From positions 15,376,001 to 15,440,000 of the forward strand of contig OX597837.1 of the NCBI GenBank assembly GCA_951406725.2: 64,000 nucleotides of DNA, read 5' to 3'. Both the position numbers and the translations under genes were made by a program. Positions 25,601-36,444 of this stretch are shown here, in pieces (within the stretch, counting starts at the first letter, position 1; each line of letters opens with the position of its first letter). Origin of the DNA: Octopus vulgaris (lineage: Eukaryota). The notes under the pieces are model-generated. The model searched no databases. It was not told where the DNA came from and saw only the letters and a list, made by a program, of their open reading frames with translations.

Positions 25601-27525
25601 TGGCCACTGTCAAATGACTGAAACAAATAAAAGAATAACTCGTTACATTGCTTGTTGTTATACTGTTATATATGGTACTGTGATGTTGTTACACACACAC
25701 ACACACACCATATATCGTCACTGACGATATAACATTTATATACATACATCATCATCGTTTAGCGTCCGTTTTCCATGCTGGCATGGGTTGGACGGTTCAA
25801 CTGGGGTCTGGGAAGCCCGAAGGCTGCACCAGGCTCCAGTCTGATCTGGCAGTGTTTCTACAGCTGGATGCCCTGCCTAACGCCAACCACTCCATGAGTG
25901 TAGTGGGTGCTTTTTACATGCCAACCGCACAGGTGCCAGACGGAGCTGGCAAACGGCCATGCTTGGATGGTGCTTTTTACGTGTCATTGGCACGGAGGCC
26001 AGGCGATGCGGCACTGGCTACGGCCACGTTCGGATGGTCCTCTTATGTGCCAGTGACACTGGTACCACAACTATAAATTCCATATACATATATATTCTTT
26101 TTATTTTTATTTGCTTCACTCCTTTCACTGCGGCCATGCTGGAACATCGCCTTTAGTTGTATGCAACAATAACATCAGTCACTGGTAAAGAATCTGGCAA
26201 GTGCCTATTTCGTGTGGTGGCAACATCTCGGTATTTTCTCAGCACACTTGTATATACACACACACAGAGGCAAGGCCTAAAGTGGAGAGGTCTCAGAGTA
26301 AACTTAACTAAGACTAATGTTTTAATTAACAGTAAAGAAAAAAGGATTCTACAACTACCTGGGAAATACCTGTGCACAATATGACCGAAACAAGTGTGGC
26401 CAAATGGACACTGAAATGATCACACACATACGTCCATCAACATTATTCAAATTAGCCAAGGCCCTTAGCATTCTTTACTCATTTTGCATACAGCTAGGTT
26501 CTATCTGCTGGAATCAAAGTAAGACAGCTGATGTGCTGATGATGTCTGTCAAGACAGAAACAAGCAGTATGTCTTTTTCATAAAGTCATATCTTCTTGTC
26601 TTGAGACAGCATTCACCTGGGATGGGATGAGCTTGCTTTATTCATCCTCAATGCTGCATCTCTCACAAACACCGACCAGACCTGGCGATTTGAGGCTAAC
26701 AACCACGTGATCTTCAACCACTCCCTATTCCAGCGGCGAACGCCGTAGATATGGGGGCCTAGGTTGGGTTCCAGATCAGCCTTGACTGTTATCAGCCAGG
26801 TTTTTCATTGTCCACCACATCGCTTTTGCCAACCCTGAAGGGGAGCTGGGGCAATTGCTTCGTAGATGAATTCTCCTGCTTGATGACGGAGGGCATGACC
26901 CAACCAATGCAGATGTCATATCAATTCCAGGGAATCCTAATCCCTGAGATCATCTTTATTTCTCATTCAAAGACCATCACTTCTGCTACCAAGTGTTTGT
27001 TCACCTCTCACAGTGAAAAATCAATTCAGTAATTGGCAAATTAACCTTCGATTGCCAAGTAACGAGATCCGATTGCTGCTAATTTGTTTAACACTGACGT
27101 TTCATCATCATCATCATCATCCTCGTTTAATGTCCGTTTTCCATGCTGGCATGGGTTGGACGGTTCGACCGGGGTCTGGAAGCCAGAAGGTTGCACCAGG
27201 CTCTGATCTGATCTGGCAGTGTTTCTACGGCTGGATGCCCTTCCTAACACCAACCACTCCGAGAGTGTAGTGGGTGCTTTTTACGTGCCAGTCAGGCTGG
27301 CAATGGCCACGATTGGTTGGTGCTTTTTACATGCCACCGGCACAGAAGCCAGTCAAGGCGGCGCTCAAAACATAAATTAGCTGTAATTAGAATTGGCAAA
27401 TTTCAAGTTCTTCATAATGCAACGAAGTGTTTAGGAGAGAAATCTGACTTACCGATGAGCTCAGCCATCGCACTGAACGTCCATGTGTGACTCGTTGAGT
27501 TGGCTTGCAAAAACGAGGGGCTCAC
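1..27525 (-). CDS. MORC3: MORC family CW-type zinc finger protein (MORC3/4-like); spliced gene span, first coding exon not located, last exon runs off window start
   Basis: 16 GT-AG exons join in frame: 27453-27525, 22732-22864, 20494-20711, 19360-19510, 18699-18837, 16756-16884, 16167-16298, 15632-15729, 14354-14455, 5772-5906, 5108-5191, 4454-4487, 3425-3517, 2799-2999, 1878-1918, <1-767. Motifs: [40 protein letters not shown] finger [20 protein letters not shown]. The symbol denotes the closest vertebrate family member, not proven 1:1 orthology. Confidence 0.93.
1100..1660 (+). mobile_element. Degenerate mariner transposase remnant (intronic)
   Basis: [48 protein letters not shown] matches mariner TGDEKW...PKPGLHPKKVMLCVWWD; boundaries approximate. 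Confidence 0.75.
1878..1918 (-). CDS. MORC3: MORC short exon (41 nt)
   Basis: [13 protein letters not shown](S); bridges phase 0 to phase 2. Confidence 0.75.
2799..2999 (-). CDS. MORC3: MORC exon (coiled coil)
   Basis: [67 protein letters not shown]; TAG acceptor, GTGAG donor. Confidence 0.85.
3425..3517 (-). CDS. MORC3: MORC exon (coiled coil)
   Basis: [31 protein letters not shown]; an in-frame alternative acceptor 6 nt downstream is possible. Confidence 0.82.
4454..4487 (-). CDS. MORC3: MORC short exon (34 nt)
   Basis: CAG|A GAA ATC CAA AGA AAA CGA AAA CAA ATT GAA GAA|GTAAG; needed to bridge phase 2 to phase 0. Confidence 0.8.
5108..5191 (-). CDS. MORC3: MORC exon (end of CW finger)
   Basis: [27 protein letters not shown](Q), supplies the fourth Cys ligand. 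Confidence 0.9.
5772..5906 (-). CDS. MORC3: MORC exon (CW zinc finger)
   Basis: [44 protein letters not shown](N). Confidence 0.95.
6400..6622 (+). mobile_element. SINE-like repeat ending in (GAT)n; related copies in both orientations near 3050-3210, 3840-4205, 17860-18040, 22300-22540, 24261-24563, 25748-26070, 27100-27360
   Basis: Recurrent core GGAGTGGTTGGYGTTAGGAAGGGCATCCAGC...CCATGCTAGCATGGAAAACGGACGTTAAAYGATGATGAT. Confidence 0.8.
6686..6888. mobile_element. piggyBac-like MITE (related copies near 820-960, 7190-7350, 16418-16640)
   Basis: TTAA|CCCTTT...AAAGGG|TTGA termini; shared internal GGCCTCTCACACCTACCCTACAATGTCATTCTAAAA. Confidence 0.5.
10510..11240 (-). mobile_element. Cluster of tRNA-derived SINE copies (GGCGAGCTGGCAGAATCGTTAGCA family)
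   Basis: Three near-tandem copies sharing GAGTTCAAATTCCGCCGAGGTCGACTTTGCCTTTCATCC; family also near 14910-15370, 43348-43810, 44970-45180, 46280-46510, 62300-62710. Confidence 0.8.
13723..13761 (-). ncRNA. Minimal hammerhead-like motif, sense-oriented in a MORC intron
   Basis: CTGAAGA-GGT(GTAACAGG)ACT-GAAA-CATG-TC; core intact, palindromic ACATGT stem III, stem I weak. Confidence 0.4.
14354..14455 (-). CDS. MORC3: MORC exon (end of ATPase module, linker)
   Basis: [33 protein letters not shown](G); CAG acceptor, GTGAG donor. Confidence 0.9.
14773..14912. repeat. (AAT)n microsatellite
   Basis: About 140 bp of nearly pure AAT. Confidence 0.95.
15632..15729 (-). CDS. MORC3: MORC exon (S5 domain)
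   Basis: [32 protein letters not shown](N), 98 nt. Confidence 0.94.
16167..16298 (-). CDS. MORC3: MORC exon (S5 domain)
   Basis: [44 protein letters not shown], 132 nt. Confidence 0.92.
16299..16755 (-). other. U12-type (minor) intron, GT-AG subtype
   Basis: 5'SS GTATCCTTTT (full consensus); branch-like TTCCTTAGC at 16318-16310, 11 nt before the exon. Confidence 0.82.
16756..16884 (-). CDS. MORC3: MORC exon (S5 domain)
   Basis: [43 protein letters not shown], 129 nt; donor GTATCCTTTT. Confidence 0.93.
18699..18837 (-). CDS. MORC3: MORC exon
   Basis: [46 protein letters not shown]; CAG acceptor, GTAAG donor. Confidence 0.92.
19360..19510 (-). CDS. MORC3: MORC exon
   Basis: (K)[21 protein letters not shown]...[11 protein letters not shown](R); phase-compatible with both neighbours. 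Confidence 0.9.
19511..20493 (-). other. Putative U12-type (minor) intron, GT-AG subtype
   Basis: 5'SS GTATCCTCT; branch-like TTCCTTATC at 19531-19523, 12 nt before the exon. Confidence 0.7.
20494..20711 (-). CDS. MORC3: MORC exon (ATP lid / G2 box)
   Basis: [38 protein letters not shown]...[12 protein letters not shown]; donor GTATCCTCT. Confidence 0.93.
22732..22864 (-). CDS. MORC3: MORC exon (GHKL ATPase)
   Basis: (D)[43 protein letters not shown](S), 133 nt, canonical splice sites. Confidence 0.95.
23640..25700 (+). mobile_element. Degenerate Ty3/Gypsy LTR retrotransposon (integrase region, possible 3' LTR) with nested SINEs, antisense within a MORC intron
   Basis: FHIGHSG..YVYWP..CRGC (integrase H2C2), [27 protein letters not shown] (rve core); purine tract followed by TGTTG near 25140-25150; SINEs near 24261-24563 and 25300-25640. 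Confidence 0.8.
27453..27525 (-). CDS. MORC3: MORC exon (ATPase N-box)
   Basis: CAG|GTG...G|GTAAG; [24 protein letters not shown](D), 73 nt. Confidence 0.93.
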
Positions 27526-29147
27526 CTGTCAACAACAACAACAAGTAAATACGAGAAAGCAAAACAATGCAAAAGAATTGAGAGAAAGAAAAAAAGAAGT
27601 AAAACATGCAAAAAAAAAACCCTAGCAGGGGTCACTCGACAACACATTCCAACCTGAACTCCCCACCCCCACCTGCTGCACCCTCTCCATTTTGTTTTTA
27701 CTGCTACGACACTGTTCTCTGCTCCTTCAAGCTGATTAGTCTCATATTGACTCCTGATGTCACCCCTAACCCTAATCTATCTTTCAAACTCCTGCATGCA
27801 ACCCAGTGTGGAATCTTTTCTCCCCAGAACATTCGACCCCTTTAATTTCTTTCTTGTTCGTGTTTTTTCTGGATAGTTATTAAAGAAGAACATCAACTCC
27901 ATTGCTCACCCCAGGCCTTAGACGGCCTGCCATCAGCTGTATGCACAAGAAGTAGCATTTATCAAGCAGGCCAAAGGTTAAAGGCATTCCAGCACTGGCC
28001 ATTCCATCTATTCCTTCTTTTATATTGCTACAGAAAGTAAGGCATAATTTGAGGCTAACATGGTTGTTATTTCTAGAACGTCAGGGGCTCAAACAGAGGT
28101 TCCCCTTGACCCCTTGATCAGCTTCACTTGTCATACTGGCCTTGATATTCAACAACAACAACAACTTCACATTTTTGGCCCCTTTGCACAAAGAGACTGA
28201 GTGCTGAGTTCCTGGAAAGGATATTGATTTACTGTAGACATTTCGGTTCCTTGAATCCTACTTTCACTTTAGGCTATAACCCTTCACAGCATCTGAGGGA
28301 GAGAAGTTCCATCTTTCATACTCATGTCAGAGAAATTAGATGACCAATATTTTCATTTCATTTGATTTCCCTTCATTCATTCACACTTAATCCTATTCAC
28401 TACATTCATTTTTTCTCTTTTTTTTTGTTCATATCAGGCAATTTTGTTGTAATCGACAATGTAAAATTAACTGATGTAACTGACTATTATTAGTGTTTAG
28501 GGTCCACCTGGATAACTTTACATATAACAGATGAAAAATAGCCCCCATTGAGGGAAAAAAAGACATTGACAATAAAAAAAAAGGAAGAGAGAGAGAGAAG
28601 TAGTAAAAAGGGGAAAGATGAAGAAGTGACAAAAACACAGCATCGATGAAAGATTGGTGAAACACAATCATCCCAGCATCGATGAAAGATTGGTGAAACA
28701 CAATCATCCCAGAGGCTCTTTGCATTCCGAGTTCAAATCCTGTCATGGCCTACTTGTGCGATAGACTTAATCCATCACCTGGTACCATGTGGAGCCCTTT
28801 CAGCACACTCCACCCTGTTGCAAGCAGTCAAGCCTCAGGGTTGGGAATACCTCCCTTCCAGTGGTCTTGGAGGTCCCACAAATAGTTGTGGGAACTAACT
28901 TCTCTCTTGATTTAACAGAAAAAAAAAGAGGTATGCAATTAGATACACACATGGCTGTGTGTAAAGAAGCTTGCTTTAAAGTCATGTGGTTGTTGGTTCA
29001 GTTCCAGTGCACAGCACTTTGGGACCAGTGCCTTCTGCTACAGCCTTGAGTGAATTTGGTAGATGAAAGCAACAGAAGCGTGTCATGTGTGTGCGTGTAT
29101 GGGTGCTACTTTAGCATGCAGTCTACTGCAGCATCCATAATCAATGC

Positions 29148-29409
29148 CAGTGCTTCTCAACCATTTCTTTTTACCTATGGACCCCTTTAATTCCTATTTT
29201 ACTCAGATGCAACCCTCTAGCAATTCCATTATATTTTTCATAATTAAATATTAGCAATTGTATAAAAACAGAAATTGTTAAAATATTTTGTGCATTGTAG
29301 AAGAAAAACCAATTTATCGCTCATAAATTTAAACAAAATCATCAATGGGCCCCACCAAGGGTCATGTGAACCCCCAAGGGCTATGTGGACCCCCAGTTGA
29401 GAACCCCTG
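29148..29409. mobile_element. hAT (Charlie/MER5-like) MITE
   Basis: Terminal inverted repeats CAGTGCTTCTCAAC / GTTGAGAACCCCTG; related to the 43263-43977 element. Confidence 0.65.
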
Positions 29410-32400
29410 GTCTACAATGAGATGACATGATCTGGGTTAGGATTAATTTGTTTAGCGTTAGATAACACCTATATGTGTGTGTGTGTGTGTGGGGGGGGGG
29501 TGCCTTTGATTTTGGACCCACCCTCCATCAGCTTGACAAGCGGTGTTGGTTTGTTTACGTCCCCTTGGCGGTTCGGCAAAAGGAAAAAATAATCGAAAGA
29601 GATCATAAGCACTGTTCGACTAAACCCTTCAAGGCGGTGCACCAGTATGGCCGGAGTTCAATAACTGAAACAAGTAAAAGATAAATAAAAAAAACTTAGC
29701 AGGGAAATGGCAGATAACCATTTGTGTCGTCGACTACAGTTGATGGTGCTTGCTATTTACTTTTGATATTTGTTCTATGGAATATAATAAAAGTTAAACT
29801 GCCAACGGGATTCGAACCCACAGAGTGTAAATACGGAACTAGATACAACAGAACTCCATGCTGTTGTTGTTTAACCCTGAGTCAGCGATGACTGAGTACA
29901 ACCAGTACCAAAAGCATTCCAACTGTGATCATTTTATCTTTCATTCAGACTAAGGTGTCCTTCTTGGCTGGAATTTCTCGCAGATCAAGCTTCCAGGTAG
30001 AAGATTCTCTGACACAGAACCTCGTGTATTTCCCTAAATGGCATTTGAACATCCAAGAACAACAAAAGACTGGTTACACGAACAGCTAGAAACAACAGCC
30101 AAAGCTCGTTTCACTCACACGTTAATCTAGTTCTAGACGAAAAGCAACATGAGATTCGTCACGGGTGGAATGCAGTTCATAGCAAAAGCCTGACCTGGGG
30201 CTAAACAGCAAGGTAGCCGGTACCTGGTCGATCGATGTTCTGCAAACAGCAACCGAATGATTCTCAAAGCACAACCTTTAAAAAAAGGCAAGGGCCTGGA
30301 AAAACCGTTTTCAGTTCATAGGTGTGTTTTATCGGGACTGACCAGACAAGATAACGAAATGGCGGGATAAGTTTGCGATCGTTGATAACTAAATAACCAC
30401 TGCTAGCCAGGGTGGTTGCACTGATTGGAAATGCACCCAAAAGGAGCACCAATTATTTAATCCTTTCACTTACACACACACACACATTTATTAAGGGATT
30501 TTTAAATACACACGTGTGTTTATATACTTGAATCGAAGGGGAAAAGTTACAAGAGAAATATACATCACCGATTATTTTTATCGAGTTCATTATTTGATAA
30601 AAATTTTGGAAGGAAAACGTGACCCCCCCCTCGGCATAATATATAAAGTCTTTAATTCCATTTTATAAATTGTATTGCCATTACGTGCAAAATCATTTAC
30701 GAAACGATTTAATTCCGAGAAATCTTTCGGGAGAGACAAATACTTTCACTTTTCATACATTTCCCCGAAAGACTGTCTTTCGGCACTTTAAACTATTATT
30801 TATGGCATTAAAAGGAAATGTGAGTTGCCTTTCTGTAACTTTTCCCTCGCCAAAATTTTGTCTCGGTTAATTTATCCTCGATATAGAAACACTTCCGAGA
30901 AAAGTCCAAGTTCTTGGAAGCTTGACCACCCCTAACAAAAAGCGGTGCAATCAAGACAACATCATTTAATGTCCATCTCTCTACAAAAGACACGAACGTG
31001 TGGTTCAATAGAGATTTGGCTGTTATTTCTAGCAGATCGTCATTAATGAGCCAGATAGGGGAAAAAAGTTTAATTATCAGGCAATAATGAAAGGTGACAG
31101 AAGTTCTTATTAAAAAATCAAAACAGTGTTTTGATTTTTTACCCCACACCTCGCGACAAAAATATAAAATATTTATTTAAAATATATTTTAAATGAAAGA
31201 AAATATTCAAGTTAAATTTTGGAAAAACGAACAAAGATTGGAAGCCACCCGAGAATACATTCAATTCATTACAAATACCCTCAATCGATAGACAAGATTT
31301 GAAGAATTCGACCAATTCCTCCATCTATTTCGCTCAGTCTACCTCACATGGTCGCTCGACCCGCTAGAAATAGAAGCTAAATTCCGCCAAAACACACATT
31401 ATTGCCTTGAAATGGGTGGGGGAAAGAAAAAAGAAAAAAGGGCAGATTTGATAATAAAGTTTCAGATAGTCCCTAAAGAAATAGAGAAATTAATTAATCC
31501 TAGGTTTTTGCCCCTACAAGGGTTTGAAACAAGCAAAACTCCATCAAAACATAATTGTCTTGAAATGGGATTAAAAAAGAAACTGAAAGAAAAAAAAGGA
31601 CATTTGTTAAGGAAGTTTTAGACACTCCCTAAAAGGAATTGGCTAATTAATCTTAGGTGTTGCTCCTGCAAGGATTTGACCTGGGGCCAAATAATAACCT
31701 TTACTTGTAGTAGACAGCACCTAACGGTAGTTCACTACTAGAACCAGTTAATAAATATTACTCTAACAGAAGAACACGTAACCAAAGAGAGAGAGAGAGA
31801 GAGAATGAAGGAAGCTGACAAATATTTTCGGGGAAATTGTTCTCGAAATGAAAGACAGACTTGAGATAATAATAAAAATAATAATAATAGTTCCTGGAAA
31901 AAACAACATCGAATTCCTATCGTGAGGTTTCGATATTCACCTCTTTTGTTTTTTCGAAAATTACCGATGTAATTAAAAACTGGGGAACTAAAATCATTGA
32001 CCAACTGGAAATTTTGTGTAAATGTAGAGAATTATAAAAGAATTATAATTGATTAAAATCAGTTTCATAATTGTTAAAATTGAGGTTTGTCTTCGAGGAA
32101 TGCGAACCTGGCCCACGGTGGGCATTTATTTCATTAACCCCCAGGTTGACCTCGATCGAGCATTACCAAATTCTGTGTCATCAATATCCGAAGCTTTACC
32201 AATCCATCGATTCGGTACCTTTAAAGTTGTTTAGTCCCAAGTCAGCCATGATTGAGTAGGCAATATGATGAAAAGCTTTCCAGCCCTGGCTACCCACCCT
32301 CGCTTTTGGTATATAACAGGAATTACATTGTCCAGCGTTTCCCACTTTTTCGGACAGCGGATACCCTTGAGGGTAAAATTTTCGATTTTACCAATTTGAG

Positions 32401-32549
32401 GGGGATTTAACTGCTGTTTCTAACAAGACCAGCATCAACAGAGGCTCTTTCTTTGGCTCTGCTACATTTTACATAAAATCTATAAGAATTTCAACTTTGA
32501 AACAGCGAAGAACCTCAGCCGTTTTGTGCCATTCCAGTGCATTTAGAAG

Positions 32550-33220
32550 AATCACTTGGCCGAATATTTTAGGAAAATAAGCAAAAATGTCCGAAAAGTG
32601 TCGGCAAAGGTTTCTGTGGAGGGACGCGGAGGTATTTTACGAGGAAGGAACCTTATCATGGCTTGGATCAAAAGAGGAAAGATAACGCTTCTGGTGGTGG
32701 TGGTCATTTTGAAAGCGCCTCCCCAGATTGGTCAAGGGACATTTATTCTCTCAGACCGGCAACTTTAAACAACACTTGAGAGCGGTCATTAGGAATAAGG
32801 AGAAGAATCAGGTACTACTTTAGAACAGTGGTCCCGGTGCGCGCACTCGCGTAGTCCCGCATTCGCGCCAGCTAGTTGTGACTAGTCGATCCTTACTTTG
32901 TGTTTTTGTGTTTTATTTAGTTTGTTTAAAAAAATTTATTTATTTTGTGTTTTATTTAGTTTGCTGGGTAGTCGTTGTAGGGATCGAGTAGGGATCAGTT
33001 CTCAAGTAGGACCCAAGACCACAACAGAAGAACCCACACATTCAATATAAAAGAAAAGGCAACTTTTATTATTCTTTCCATTATTACTTTCTTCTCTCTT
33101 TCTCTCTCAGTCATTGTGAAAAAAAAAATCTGTGAGATGCGTGGAATTGGTTTAGAGAGAGACGAGAAGGAATCGGGGATAAAAAGTTGGCAGCGATCAT
33201 GTCGCGAGAAGTTTGATGCA
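32550..33220 (-). promoter_or_regulatory. Candidate MORC promoter / 5' region
   Basis: Local CpG-rich, repeat-free patch (GTCCCGGTGCGCGCACTCGCGTAGTCCCGCATTCGCGCC near 32830-32870) about 5 kb upstream of the first identified exon; no first exon could be fixed. Confidence 0.3.
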
Positions 33221-33589
33221 GTTTAGATATTTATTGATGTTTAAGTTTTGGGATGAAAAAAGAATTTTTTTTCCTTTCTCGGTACCATTAATATAAACAA
33301 AAAAAATAATAATAATTCAGAGGATAACAAAGAAAGGAAAATATGAAAACAAACTAATAATAATTGGGGTGGTCAGTGAAATTTGGGGGGTAAAGAGACT
33401 GGATGGCGGGGTGTAGGGGTCTTTTATAGGGGCGCAAGGGTGTTGGATGCGGTGGGGAGTGATTTTATGTTGATGGTTTGAGGATGGAGGGTCAGGGAAA
33501 AAATATATTGAGAGAGAGAAAGAAAAAACACGTTTCGTAAAGAGAAAAAATACAAATATGCAGATATGTACGTGTGTATATATATATAT

Positions 33590-33835
33590 AAACACACGCA
33601 TATATAGTCATGTACACATGTATATATACACACGCATATATAGCCATATACACATGTATATATACACACACATAGTCATATACACACGCATATATAGCCA
33701 TGTACATAAGCATATATAATTATATATACACATCTATATATACACACGCATAGTCATGTACACATGTATATATACACACGCATATATAGCCATGTACACA
33801 TGTATATATACACACGCATATATAGCCATGTAAAC
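33590..33835. repeat. Minisatellite, about 34-bp unit
   Basis: Repeats of TATATACACACGCATATATAGCCATGTACACATG. Confidence 0.8.
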
Positions 33836-35351
33836 ACACAGAAAAACACGACCGTGTTTACAAAAACGCATTGAATAGGTGGTCGGTATATTAATTAATT
33901 AATTAATTAATAAACAATCAAGAGATAAATGATAGGAAAGGCTACAAACTTTGCTCAGCTGAATCCCCTGAGTCGAAGCCATCTTCGTCCGTTGCCTACC
34001 AAATGCTTTATTGTTGCTCTCCACTACTTTTCCTTCCTCAACACTGAAGAGTTACACACCTTGCTAACAACATTTTCCTCTTCTTTTTTTTTTTGTATTG
34101 CTTATATTTCTTTTTTGTTTTTATGTTTCTTTTTATTTTTCTCACACAACGCGACTTCCGCTCTCCAACATCATTTACTACAAAAACACCTTTCCTCCTC
34201 CTCCTCCTCCCCTTCCTGTGCCCCCTTTCACATCCCCCTTTTTCCCGTTCCCCCTCTCTCCTTCTTACCTGCCGTTCCTCCTCCTCCTCCTACTACAACT
34301 CCTCGCACTCCCCTTCCTCTGCCCATCCCTCGTTCTTCCCTTCATCCTCCTGTTTCCCGCCTCTACCTTCCTCCTCCCATTTCTCTTGCTCTCTCTGTCT
34401 CTCACTCTCTGCCCATCCTCTACCTATTCCTCGTTTTCCCCTTTCTATTTCTGTCTCGGCTCCCCTTCCCCTTCCTCTACATTCTACTTTGATTCGCCCT
34501 CATCCCCTTCCTCCTTTATATTTCATATACATATATATACATATAAATATACATATAAATATACATATAAATATACATACATAGACATACATACACAGGA
34601 CGCCATCTTTATATTTACTCCTAGTTATTTTCTACCATTCCTCCTCCTCCTCCTCTTTCGCCTCGTTATTCATCGTCAACGCTCTCCTCCTACTCCTACT
34701 TCCATTTCGTACTCCTACTTACTCTACACTTATACCTCTATCCTCTCCCCACGTTGCCTGCTCATCTCACTCACCGTCAGCAGGCAGCGTTTTGCTGTTC
34801 TCACAGTTTTTTCAAATACCACTCACACAACGAGAGAGTCTTTTCCCTTTTCGCACTAGCATTGTTCACCACATTACCGTGATTACCAAACAAATCTACA
34901 CACACACACTCACATACACTAGAAGACCATTTAGCGTTGTCAGGTTATTAAAACATTTTTTAATTGCATCGTCAGACAATTCGAGATTTCGCCAGTTATC
35001 TGACGAGGCCGAAGATCGTCGAAACGTTGAATCCAATATCATTAATTTTCTTTTAAATACATGCACGCGTTCGTGTCTATGTGAATATATATATGTATAT
35101 GATAGATCGTGAGCCACTACACACATTTTTCCCTCCTTTTTTTCTCTCCTTTTTCTCTCTCCTTGTTTTCTCTCCTTGTTTTTGTTTCTCCTTTTTTTCT
35201 CTCGTTTTTTTTGTCTTTTTCTGTAGAAGAGCGTAGGCTCGAAACGTAAAAGACTTTTCTATCCCTGAGCGTTATACTAATACATCTGTTTGTTTTGTAC
35301 ACCACCCGTCTTCATCTTTTGTTGTTTTCGGAAACTCTCCTTATATATATA

Positions 35352-35863
35352 TCTATATATATAAAACTCTAGTTGTGTGAGTGTCTGTCCCCTTCGATTT
35401 AGATTCCTAACTCCTCCCACATTTTGCGGTGCAGTTTAACCAAATTCGGGTATCTTATAGTCGTGATTCATATCGAGCCCGTCTGGCTATTAGCGCGCGT
35501 CTACGATGAGTCTACGATTTTAAAAATATTTAAAAATATTTTTTATTCCATTTTAATGCATAATTTTTCGTGTGTCGATGGCGGCGGAGTTGGCGTCCAT
35601 GGTCACACCTGCACCTGTTTGCTTCTCCCCCTTCTTCCCTCCCTCGTGAAGCTGTGGGGAAGGGAGTGTAAGGAAATTAGCGTCGTAATGCGTTGTCAAG
35701 GAGACCAGCGTTCTTTTAGAACAACGACTTCATGGCTTGAAGACACCAAAACAGAAATGGCTAAGAAAGCCCGAATTGGCATCTATAAAGGAAGTAACTC
35801 TCTAAAAATGCTTATATAGTTATTTCCCTTACAAACCCGAGCAACGCCGGGCGATACTGCTAG
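35352..35863 (+). mobile_element. Non-autonomous Helitron, copy 1
   Basis: A|TC start, subterminal hairpin CCCGAGCAACGCCGGG, ends CTAG|T, no TSD. Confidence 0.85.
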
Positions 35864-36371
35864 TATATATATAAAACTGTAGTTGTGTGAGTGTCTGTCC
35901 CCTTCGATTTAGATTCCTAACTACTCCCACATTTTGCGGTGCAGTTTAACCAAATTCAGGTATCTTATAGTCGTGATTCATATCGAGCCCGTCTGAGTAT
36001 TAGCGCGCGTCTACGATGAGTCTACGATTTTAAAAATAATTTAACATCATTTTTTATTCCATTTTAATGCATAATTTTTCGTGTGTCGATGGCGGCGGAG
36101 TTGGCGTCCATGGTCACACCTGCACCTGTTTGCTTCTTCCCCTTCTTCCCTCCCTCGTGAAGCTGTGGGGAAGGGAGTGTAAGGAAATCAACGTCGTAAA
36201 GCGTTGTCAAGGAGACCAGCGTTCTTTTAGAACAACGACTTCATGGCTTGAAGACACCAAAACAGAAATGGCTAAGAAAGCCCGAATTGGCATCTATAAG
36301 GGAAGTAACTCTCTAAAAATGCTTATATAGTTATTTCCCTTATAAACCCGAGCAACGCCGGGCGATACTGC

Positions 36372-36374
<3 letters not shown>
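35864..36374 (+). mobile_element. Non-autonomous Helitron, copy 2 (head-to-tail tandem)
   Basis: Near-identical to copy 1 and directly abutting it; lacks the 5' TC, ends CTAT, followed by (TA)n. Confidence 0.85.

Positions 36375-36439
<65 letters not shown>

Positions 36440-36444
<5 letters not shown>

Noticed and set aside
28638-28712. 37-bp direct repeat (CRISPR-like at first glance)
   Set aside because: Two abutting units with no spacer, eukaryotic context; a simple tandem duplication.
28754-28788. Possible MORC first exon MVPGDGLSLSH
   Set aside because: The available GT donor is phase 2, giving an immediate stop when joined to the phase-0 exon at 27525.
33929-34859. Three long overlapping ORFs
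   Set aside because: Pyrimidine-rich low-complexity tract lacking stops by composition; no domain or splice support.
35424-36330. Duplicated 87-131-aa ORFs as a captured gene
   Set aside because: They lie inside Helitron copies; identity reflects recent duplication and no domain is recognisable.
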